Source of the DNA: Gnetum montanum
Lineage: Eukaryota > Plantae > Gnetophyta
Reading direction: 5' to 3'
Assembly (NCBI GenBank): GCA_015680685.1
Contig: MNCI01002984.1
Coordinates: 130,221-194,220, forward strand
Length of the DNA: 64,000 nucleotides
The position numbers and the translations under genes were made by a program. The notes under the pieces are model-generated. The model worked only from the letters and a program-made list of their open reading frames with translations, was not told the origin of the DNA and ran no database searches. Shown piece by piece: positions 25,543 through 36,396 of this stretch (positions within the stretch are counted from its first letter, which is position 1; each line of letters opens with the position of its first letter).

Positions 25543-27153
25543 ATGGCACACAAAAAGATTAATACAAAAAGGGCACCTCCTCATAAGGAAAAAAACATAA
25601 AAGGAGCTTCTACAAGCAAGACAAACTTTTATTAGCCCTCATTTTGATCTACAAATGCTTGGCACTAGTTTGAGGTAACTCGTTCTATTTTTGTTATTTC
25701 TAAAAGGAGATCTAGTTTTCAATAGCATCATTAGCAAGTGTTAATGGCATATTTTCAAGCAATCTATTGGGCTTCAATTATTTACATGACCTATGATATA
25801 CTAGAAATATTAATTAGATAATTCTATAGTAATTTCATAATTACTAATGTTGTTGTTGGGTCTTTTACATTTGTTGTTGGAGGCATTATGATTGAAGTTT
25901 CACCTTTAGAGGTGAATGCTTTACTTGGAATTTCAAGTTTTGATGTGCATAGGATTGTTATACATTCTATGAATGATATTTTCATCAATGGAGTAATTCT
26001 TGTATCTCATGATGAATTTTTGATGCTATATTTGGTAATTCTCTATCATTGAGAAGTGTACATGCATCAAATGTTCCAGGATGCTTTCACTTTCTCGCTT
26101 ATTGTCATGTATAACATTATTGTAAAAGGAAGAATATATAATTATTTGTTACTAATACAAGCCTTTGTTCTATATTGTCTTTTAACTGGGCAACTATTAG
26201 ATTTGGGACACATTATTTGTAGGGACATGTTGGAAGTGTTTACTAGAGAGAGTTTATAGATACCCTCTACTCATCAGCCTACTTGTTTATTAGGTAGGTG
26301 TCCCCATTCCTAATATAGTTCTTCTTAAAGAGAAGAGGAGTCTTATAGAGTTTTTAAAGAAGAGGAGCATAACTATTGCTAATTCTAAGGCTCCAACTCC
26401 TCCACCTTAGAAGGCATGAAGGAAGTAAGCAACATCTCCATCTAGGACCTCTTCTCAGCTTATGAGTTATAGATTTATAATTGCAGAGGTGAAGTCTACC
26501 ATAAAGAATTCTTTGAAATACTTTGGCAAAACATTTAGGATGACTAGATGAAATCTCTCTTACCTACATAAGAGAATGGATGTAGTAAGTCTTCCACCCC
26601 CTCTAGATGATTAGTAGTTTGAGGAGATTACCACTCCTCATTGGACATATAGTGATGAGGACATTCTAGCTCCTACTAGACATTATAAAACAATAGTGTC
26701 ATCCCAAGGATATGATTTGGGTAATGCATCAAATTTCAAGGATCTTGCTACACCCCCATCTTGTGTTCAAGGGAAGTCTTTTCCTTACACTGAGTAGCCT
26801 AGACTGAGCACATATGTACATAAGGATCTTTCTCAATCTTTTGAGAGATAGGTGATGGAGAGCATTTTTGATGCCACAACCCATTGGGAGAAAGCTGCTC
26901 CCAAAACCTACCAATGGAAGGTTACCTCCTCATCTTCCTAGTAGGCTCTATCTCATCCCCTTTCATCATCATAGTTTTGGATGAAGCTTCATTCTCAAAT
27001 ATCTCCTATCGCAACATCTTCTTTAGATGATGATAAGTAGTTGATCTCTAGCTTTAGCACTAGTAGCAATGATGATGAGGAGGAGACATATTAGATCACT
27101 TGTATAGCTTTCAACTCTGATGATGATGATGATGATACAAAGGTTAGTGGATA
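25543..27153 (+). pseudogene. Extra (env-like) ORF of element B
   Basis: MAHKKIN... start; collinear with 2023-3666, including the MYNIIVKG..LLDLGHIICRDM motif and acidic tail. Confidence 0.7.
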
Positions 27154-27662
27154 GCAAATTTTCATGATTTCCTCCTTTTGGATGATTCCTAAAAAGAGGG
27201 AGAGTTTTTAAGATTTCATGGATATGTGCATGCTTATGTTGATATAGTGATGTGATAATGAACAGTCTAATTGTTGTATGGTTTGGATCATGTTGGAACA
27301 TGTTGTCATGATATGAGCACTTTTTGTTTAGTATACATTGGAGACAGATTGTGATATGTTAAATGAATATCAACTATATGTGAGATTATGGTTTATGCTT
27401 ACTTGCATTATGCATTATGGATAGATGGATAGATATGGATAGTCTTTGGGCCATTTTGGATGTTTTCATTTTCTTGTGTTGTACTCTTGTGATTAAGACT
27501 AACGTATATGAGCCCATTAACTACTTTATCTTATTTCCCTTTGTCTTTCTTTCTGCCATATATTTATATATATATATAATTATGCTTTTAATCATCATAT
27601 GATATTTTGGATTATGCTAACCTATTTTCTCAAGTTTTGGACATCACCAAAAAGGAGAATAT

Positions 27663-28802
27663 TGTTAACCTTTTGATATGTCAAAACCTTAGAAAATGTA
27701 AAATGTGGAAAATATACTTGTGATCTTGTAGAACTAAGAAAGGACAAGATAAGGAATCTATGAGATTAAAATAAGAGCTTAGATGAAGAAATCATGATTG
27801 AAATAAGAGCTTCATTATGTCAAGACAAGGAGCAAGATGAGACCAAGATGAGATCTAAGGTGTCAATCTAAGATGAAAAAAGTCTCAATTAAGATGAAAG
27901 ATTAAAAGATGCATGAAGTCAAAAGAAGGTGTTCCAATATCTTCCTAGACATCCCAAGAGATTAGTAAACATCCTAGAAGTAAAAGTTAAGCCTTAGACC
28001 AGGCATCCCACAAAAATAGCAGATGTCCCAATTGTTGTTAAGATGTCCTAGCTAGGATGTCCCAAGTAAGACATCCAAATTTCTAGTCAAACATTCCACC
28101 TGAAAGTGGTGAGTTTTTAATGAGACATTTCAAGCTCAAATAGGACGTCACAATTAGTTGTTTCCTAGATGTTGCATGAATTCCAAGGGCTATTTAGAAA
28201 GAAAAAGACCATAAAATAGAGAGGAATCCTTGTGAAAATAATAAGTATTGTTCATTAGAATATTCAATTATTATGTACATCAAGTAAATTTTGTTTCTCA
28301 TTTACACATCATTTGTGAATTATTTTTATATTGTAAGAGCTTCAAAGAAAGGAATTTTTAAAGCTTAGTTACATTTTCTTCTTCATTCTTCTTCTCTCTT
28401 TGTAGCCCTAGAGGGTTGATGTACTTCTTGTAACAAGGCAACTTGTTGAGCTATCAGGACCTTATGGAGTTGAGTGTGTTTCTAGCGAGAAAAAATTCCA
28501 TGTAGAGCTCATGTCATTATAAAGGTTGTGGAATTCTTGAAATCACATTTTGAGCTTGTTGGAACCTTACGGGGTCACATGTATATCCTACAAGAAAACA
28601 CTTCATGAAAAGCTCAAACTTTGTAAAGGTTGTGATGCCCTTTAAACCACATTTTTAAATGCACAAAGTCTAGAGATATGTAAGGATTCTACCCTAATGT
28701 ACCCAAGTTGAGGAACCTTGTAAATTTATGTGCAGTTTTGGCTGTCTTGGTTGTTCAAATTGGAAAAATTATTTAATCCCTCTTCTAAGTTCTTAGCCCT
28801 CA
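27663..28802 (+). repeat. 3' LTR of element B (~1.14 kb)
   Basis: TGTTAACC...AGCCCTCA after the PPT; GGACGTCC-derived motif array at 27945-28150. Confidence 0.85.
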
Positions 28803-31109
28803 GTCATATTATCTTCTATCATTTCCAATAGTACAATCATGGATGATCTGTAAGCTTTAACCTAATGTTACACTTCTTCAATGGTGACAAGGATTAGGCT
28901 TTGTACATCTCTTGTGATATCAAATTTACTTTAGAATTTCAATCTAATGAAGCATTTCCTACAATTTGCAAATAAATGAAGGGACTTCTAGGATTAGTTC
29001 TTTTCTTAGGAAGGTTTTCTTCTTTTATCCAATTTGTAATAGCATGGATCAACATGATAGCTTGTACATGAACATTTTGATTTAAAGGTAGCTATTGAAT
29101 AATTTGGTAGGGTGTAGGTGTGAGGTCCATAACCATGGATGCTTGCAAAGTTGTGAGTGGACTTATAGGCTTGAAAAATTAATGTTTCAAAAGATTATTT
29201 TTGGAATTACTAAAGTTGTCATCCATCTACATGTTCACATCTTTGCTAGCATTTCATTATTGCAATTGTAAAGAGATTTTACCTTACATGGGTAGAACAT
29301 GTAGCAAAGGATTATGAGCTTAAGGTTAAGAGTGTTGGTGAAGCTAAGAAGTGCAAGATGAAGATTCAATCTATGGAGTAGTGCATTTATAGAATTCCAA
29401 AGAATAATATTAATGAGTAGGAGCATGGGTGGTAGAGCCACTTGGAGACATAGACTTTTGAACATAATATCCATAGGGATTTAGTTACTTATAAGGGTAT
29501 TACTATCTTGATGATGGTAGTCCTCACAACTATGGGTTCTACCATTACTATTAATAATATTCTAGAGATTGACCTGAAGCCCCACAAGGATAGTAGCATT
29601 ATTGGTGGTAGGATTGTTAATAGTTTCCTTGAGGATAAGGCAACCTCTTAGGTGTTTTCCAATTAATAAAGTTTGGTTTTAGAGTGTAAATACTATATTT
29701 ATGGATGTGTGATATAATTGTGTAATAACTCTTTGGTTGTTCATACTAATAGATGTTGCAACCATCACCATGGATATCTTAGTTTGCATTCTTCTCAACT
29801 ATAGCTACTTATCTCTTATACTAATAGTAGTTCTTTCTTGTATCCCTTTTTTTCTTTTTATCTTGTCCTTGGATCATACCAAATCTACCTTTACTTGTAT
29901 TATCTATAGTGCTAATTATAATTTTTCATTAGTAGAGTCTCATATTTTGTCAACATTAGTCAAAATTTTAAAAATAGATTTTTGGATTAACAAGGTTTTC
30001 CAGTAGACCAACTCTTTTAATGGTGTCTCATCTTCTATTTCATAGAGATAAAATTCTTTGTTATAGAGAGATGGATTCATATTATGCTCCTATGTTATCT
30101 TCCATTTTTAAGCTTTCCTTCTTCTTTTGCCACTTGATTAATCAATCATCAGATTCAATGAACTCGTATTTTTGAAATTTTTCCTTGAGCATAGCCCTCA
30201 AGAGTTTCTCTAGTTTTATTTTTTAGTTCATCTATGATGTTCCTTAGCTATTTTTTTTTAGCGAAGTCATGGCCTTGGCATTGATCTAATAGAGAAAAAT
30301 ATTTGCCTAGGGATACATCAAGGGATTCATTATTCTCTTACTTTCATTCTTGAATTTTCTTCCTTAAGTTAGAAACTCTGAAGTATATTTGATACTTATT
30401 GTTGAATAACTCCAACATCATACTCCATTTCTTGATAGGTTTTGGTTCCAAGAATTGATATAAACTTTCAATTTCTTTGATGAGTATATTGGGGAATAAT
30501 TTTAGCTTCTTCTATTCATTTTCTATGTTTTTCAAGATGCATGCATTGTGAAAGGCTTGTAGGTAATGCTATGGATTAACATTATAGCCTCCCTTAAAGT
30601 TAGGGGGTTATTCATATCTAACTATTTAATTTAGCTATATCTTTGATGCTTGGTTAGAATATACACTACCTCCCTAATGTTGATCATAGTTCTTGTAGTA
30701 AGTAGAGCTTCATCATAGCCATTTCAATCATTATGATCCTTGTCATAACCATATCCCCTTTGAGTTACCTACTAAGACTTCATTTATGTCTATGCCCTAT
30801 TTCTTAGTCATGTTTATCATATGTACCTCAATATCTATGGTGGTATCTTTGGTCATCTCCACCAAGTCATCTACTATTATCCATTTTTCCATGGCCATAT
30901 TCATCCTCATTAGAGCTTAATAATAATGAGGATGAGGATGATGGAGAGCTACAAGAGTCATATTGGCTTGCTCTCATTTCATGATCCCTTTGGTTATTTC
31001 TAGTTGGCTTATTAGAGAACTTAGGCTTAGAGGTCCTCCATATGTTGGGTTTTGCTCTTTCTTTCCCTTGGTTTCTTGTTAAGGCTAAATCTAACCATGG
31101 ATTTTTCAT
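28803..31109 (-). pseudogene. gag: Host Athila gag + N-terminal half of protease
   Basis: VNP*HYLQAFHNACILKNIENE*KKLKLFP matches the nested Athila gag; protease-like SKVNLISQEMYKA..NIRLKLTDH at ~28830-28950. Confidence 0.75.
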
Positions 31110-31697
31110 GTTATTTTTAGAAAAGGAGGGGTGTTGGGGAGGGGGAGGAGAAGAAATGGTAATTATTATTATCCTTATATGATTGTAATGTTAGTGGGAT
31201 GGTGGCCTCCTTCCTCTTGGTAGCTTTATGGTATGCCTTAATGAAGTTATCTATCCACAATTATTCTTTAATGGGCTGATAGGGCATAGACATCTCATCA
31301 ACCATCTTGTACTTAATAGTAATTGATACAAGTCCAAATCTCATCAATGATGCATGAGAATTGATGAAATTGATTGATTAGTTAACAACACATTATTGTC
31401 TTCTAGGTTCTTCCATTACAATTAGTCAATCTAGTAAAGGATGATGGTGAAGTCTACATACAAAGAATTCAAATGTTGGCAGATAATCTTAACTTATTAG
31501 TCATATTAACTTTACTATTAATTATTTTTAACATCCTTTTCTTGAAGCATCACTAAATGAAGAATCAACCATGAGAGAAGAAAACATTTTGGATTATGGT
31601 ATGTGTTAAATAAAATATTATTATCTTTTAGTTTATGATTATTTAAGTCCAAAAAATGATCATAAATAATTATAACTATATAAATCACTATTACTAG

Positions 31698-32556
31698 TCC
31701 CTAATAACAATGTCAATCATGAGCGATAAGTAGTTCCAACATCTAACTATATAAATCTTGCATTTACGTAAGTGACCTAATCATAATCCATGGACTGGAC
31801 TAGTGTGATGATTAGATAGCTAAGCATTTGATCATGAGTCACTGTCTTTCCATTTATACTCATGTAGCTCTTAGTACATATGATTAAGTATAATTGAGGC
31901 ATATGATAGATGATGTTGTAGGGTCATAACTTAAATACTTTTAAAATATATAAATAAATTTTTAATTAAGATAATGAATGAATTAAGACTAAGCTATCCT
32001 AAGTGATAAGCATCCATTTACAGTTTGCCATACACATCCTAAACTCATATAATCATTACTAGGTTACCAAGTGATTACTGTTGGGTGAGCCAAGTAAGAG
32101 CAGTAATGGGATTACCAGATGATACATGCTATTCTCAAAATCAATTATGCCAACATAACTATTATGTGATGAGACATAAATAATTAACTAAGCTTATGCA
32201 AAGTAAAGAAATAAGGAAATTAAAGTGCAATTAAAGAAAACAATAAACTAAACCAAGTGCTATAATGAAGATAAAATGATTTCAATCTTATTACTGTTTA
32301 TAGAAATGTATCTAGCTACATGATCACTTGAATAAGATTTCGGTCCATTAATTTAAGTTCACACTATGGGCACTTGGTGACAAACTTTAACTGCTATAAA
32401 AATAAATTGTAAGAGCTTCTTTATAACTATGACTAAATAGTACCGTAGATGTGATTTGTGCATGCATTCATATAGGCATTTTTTGTCTTTACATTAATGC
32501 AAATGTCCCTACTTCGATAGTGATGCATTAAAAGAGTAGCTCAAGACTATTCATCA
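31698..32556 (-). repeat. 5' LTR (31717-32556) and decayed tRNA-Asp PBS (31698-31715) of host Athila
   Basis: Minus strand starts TGATGAAT and ends CGCTCATGA. TCCCTAATAACAATGTCA is the transition-decayed reverse complement of the Asp PBS. Length is similar to the other Athila LTRs here. Confidence 0.75.
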
Positions 32557-32859
32557 ATCTTGGTTTTTTTATATTAGAATAAAATTATTTTTATTATATA
32601 ATAGAAGTTTATTTTAATAATATATAGGAAATTATTGGACTAAGGGACTATTGGAATGTTATTTTGGTTCCAATCCATCTATATATAATTTTTAGGATTA
32701 TTTTGTCATTGGAGTTATATTGTATTATTTTTAGTAAAATTTTCCCTACTTGTTACATATATATCCAAAGTATCTCTTGAAAATTTGTATCATGAAATCA
32801 TCAACATAACTTTAGCAAGAATTTCACTAGTTCATTATTAGTTCATCAACATCATTCAT

Positions 32860-35680
32860 TATTATTTACTTAATCTTGATAGCTGAATAGTCAAAATTGG
32901 GGGAATTCACTATTTCAAATATATCTCAATCATTTTTGGATATTTTTAAGTGATTATAGATTTATTTAAAAGATAGAATAGGTGGATATGCATTGCTAGA
33001 ATTTCATCTCAATATCTATAAGGATTTGGCAAAAATTTTCTCTAAAATTCAATAGATTTTCTAATTCCTAATGTTTTACCAAAATTAATGATAGTTAATG
33101 ATTGGATCATTTATCCCTCATATCACAACAATTTGATGTAGTCTCATATTTATTTGAAAGATACTATCTATGGAAAGATTTAGTTAAAATTTTAACATAA
33201 AAAACTTAATGGTCTTTGAGTTATCATCTCTCAATTTTTTACAACTAGAATTGTTGTGATTTTTGATAGCTTGGAAAGAACATAATATAACCTTAGTCTT
33301 TGAATACCTTTTTTAGGGCTTCTTTTTCTCAAATAATATAAATTTTGATAAAGTTTCTAGGAATACAAATTTTATTAGCTGATTCTTTGTGAAGTTAGAA
33401 TAACCAAGGAATTCATTCATCATCTAAAATTCCTTCAATTAATAAGAGTTTAAGAAAGAATCATTGTTTTTCCAAGTTTCTTAGTCATAGTTAGATAATT
33501 GAACTCATACTCTAGAGATTTTTTTATTCCAAATATTTCTTGTTCTATGATCCTTTATGGATATGGATTTTACTTTAAAGCTCACATTAGATCTCAAAAA
33601 CAATTTGGTATAATCCAACATATATGGGATATTATTTTGATAAAAAATTTTAAATAAACTTACATAAAATAAAAAGATGGGTTTTTATATTTTCTAGAAG
33701 GTTTAAGTAGAATGTTACTTTAATCTCAAAATATACATAATTCCTAGTTTTAGAGGACTCCTTGTTAGTTTAACCATCAATAATACTTGGTCCTCTACTT
33801 GAAGCTCCTTCTTAAAATGATATTGGTTGATATATTCCTAGTATTTATCTTGAGCTACTTGTAAATTCTATTTAACCTTGATAACAAAATTTTTTCCATG
33901 ATCTTCAATTCTTCTTCCTTTCATTTGGTACATAGGGTTGGACTAAATTAAGTTAATGATGTTTAATAATTATATTCATACACTACTTTGAATGAAATTA
34001 TAGGAATGGATCCTTGATAATTTTACTTATACATGAATTCTACCAAATGTGAATAAATTTTTCCAAGTATTAGATCTAATTTTGATATGACTTCATATGA
34101 TATCTTCTAAAATCCAATTTATTCTCTTAGTTTGACCATTAATTTCAAGGTGGTAAGGTTTGCTAAACTTTAATTAGTTTTCTAATTCCTTAAAGAAGTT
34201 TTACTAAAAATTGGTGATAAACTTTAAATCTTGGTTAGTTGGTATTAACTTAGGGCATCCACCTAGATGAAACACCTTCCATACAAATTTCTAGACTACT
34301 TCATTAGTAATATTGGTGGACTTTGAAGGTACGAAATGAAACATCTTCGATAGTTGATGTACAATCAACAATATGGAAGCATTCCATTTTTTGGATAATC
34401 GTAATCCTACTAAGTTGTTCATTGTCATTTCTTTCCACTTCCATGTTTAAACTTCTAATGATTATTAAAGTTCACTAGGTTTTGTCTATTTAGCCTTGAT
34501 ACGTTAACATGTTGAACAGTTTTTGATATAATTAGATATATCATTATTTATTATGGGCCATAAGTAAAACCTTCACTAGATCAAATAGGTCTTAATATAC
34601 ATATAATGGTCTATAGTTGAGACCTCATAATTTGCATTCAATAATTTGTGTCTTTAATCTCATTTAGCAGCACAAACCATTTCTTCTTTCATCAACATCT
34701 CTTATTAAGAGAGGTGATAATTAGTCTACAAGCTTAAGTTGTCCAATATTCCTTAAAAATAGAAATATTTCTTAATTGACTTCTTAGTTTCTTCTACCAT
34801 AGGGGTTGTGACTATGCCAATTATTAGATTCCACATTCTACTAAGGGTGTTAGCACTTAAATTCTATTTTCTAGGATTGTACTTTATTTTAAAATCATAT
34901 TCTACAAAAAACTTCAACAATATATGTTTTCATGTATTCAAGATTGGTTGCCTTTGTAATTAGTCTAAACTTTTAGGATTATTTTTTAAAAATAAACCCT
35001 TTTCCATAGAGATAATTCGTTCGAACTTTTAAACTGTAAATAGTAGCTATAAACTTCAAATCCTTAGTTGAGTAATTTACCTTAGCTCCATGCAATTTAT
35101 GAGATTCAAAACATACCATTTCAACTTCCTAAGATAAGACTACTCTAATTCCTACTCTAGAAGCATTTATAGATACTTCAGAGGGTAGGTATACATAAAA
35201 AATCCTTAAAATAAGAGTCATATGTAGGAACATCTTTAATTTTAAAACTGCTTCCTTGCACTCTTCATCAAACTTAAACATATATAATTGTTGCAAAATA
35301 ATAGTTAGCAGTACTATCTAAGAAGAATAATATTTTATAAAATAAAATCTAGTTAAACCTAAAAAGCTTTGGATTTTTATAACATCTTTAGATTTTGTTC
35401 ATTTTTTTATTGTACTTATCTTGAATAGATTTACTTGTAGACCTTATTTTGACATAATATGACCAAGATATGCTACTTTTTTCTTGAAAACTCATAATTA
35501 CTTAACTTTACTTTTAATTAATTTTGACTTAAATTTTTCATAGTTATTTTTAAATGATCAATTTGTTCTTGTTTGGTCTTAGGGTACACCAGTATATCAT
35601 CTAAAAATATTATAAAAAACTTATCTAGATACTCTCTAAAAATGTTACTCATATAGGTCATAAATATCTCGAGTATGTTA
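32860..35680 (-). pseudogene. pol: Extremely AT-decayed chromovirus-like gypsy pol (RT, RH, IN)
   Basis: YLDKFFIIFLDDILVY (RT), EVSINASRVGIRVVLS (RH), SKPYHLEINGQTK (IN) and H*VFYVKIL (HPVFHVS-like IN tail). Confidence 0.75.
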
Positions 35681-36396
35681 TGATGTAGGGACACCTATTC
35701 TAATCCCCTTGTTCTTTCCTACATGTGTGCATTACAAGTTTTGGATGCTATGGAGACATCTTGAAGGATAAGAAGATGTCTTGCATGGGAGCTAAGCCTT
35801 CATAGAAGATGTTTTGGACCTGACAGAAGACATCTTGTACTTAAAGGAAACATCTTATCTAGAGTGGAGACATCTTATTATGGAGATGATATCTCACCCA
35901 TGGAGAAGAGGTCTTTATGAAATAGTAGATATCTCTTCTAAAAGTTGTGATTTGGCATAAGACAATCATAGGAGACCAACGATAGCCTATATAGTCTAGA
36001 AATTTTTGGAATTAGCCATTCTAATTTAGGAAATAATGGAAGAAGATGGGAAAATATGGAAAACAATAGAGGATCACCAAGAAAGGTTTCCTAGGATTTT
36101 CTTCTCTTGTTTTCTTAAAAAAATTATGGATTTTTCATGTTTATAACCATAAAGAGTTGAAAGAGGAGATGTCATGAAGTTCATGTGTGAACTTGAGCAA
36201 GGTAAGGAAGAACACATTGAGTGAGTGCACAAAGGTTGCAGCTCCAAGGTTAATTGTGTTCTATTTCAACCTATGTGTTCCAATCTTCCTTTTGAGTAGA
36301 GATCTCAGTTTTGGATTGTGGAAGAGATTCTCCATCGATTGTGTCTTACATTGAGAACAACAATTGTGTGGTTGTAAAACCTCATGCTCTACATCA
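35681..36396 (+). mobile_element. Probable solo LTR (716 bp)
   Basis: 8-bp TIR TGATGTAG...CTACATCA; no PBS or PPT adjacent; TSD poor (TGTTA/TATTT); orientation inferred. Confidence 0.6.

Larger units (their letters stand above)
13992..28802 (+). mobile_element. Sirevirus-like Ty1/copia element B (gag + extra ORF, no pol), 5' LTR truncated, hosting a nested Athila
   Basis: 5' LTR remnant 13992-14200 matches 28603-28802; PBS; gag; extra ORF; upstream PPT-like AAAAAGAGGGGAGAG (~27191) and terminal PPT CACCAAAAAGGAGAAT; 3' LTR 27663-28802. Confidence 0.85.
5361..32556 (-). mobile_element. Host Athila-like Ty3/gypsy element (pol-encoding), fragmented by nested insertions
   Basis: 5' LTR 32556-31717, decayed tRNA-Asp PBS, gag-PR 31109-28803, RT-RH-IN 9944-5800, post-pol motif at ~5770. 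The pieces are collinear on one strand and the protease is broken at the nest edges. Confidence 0.7.
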
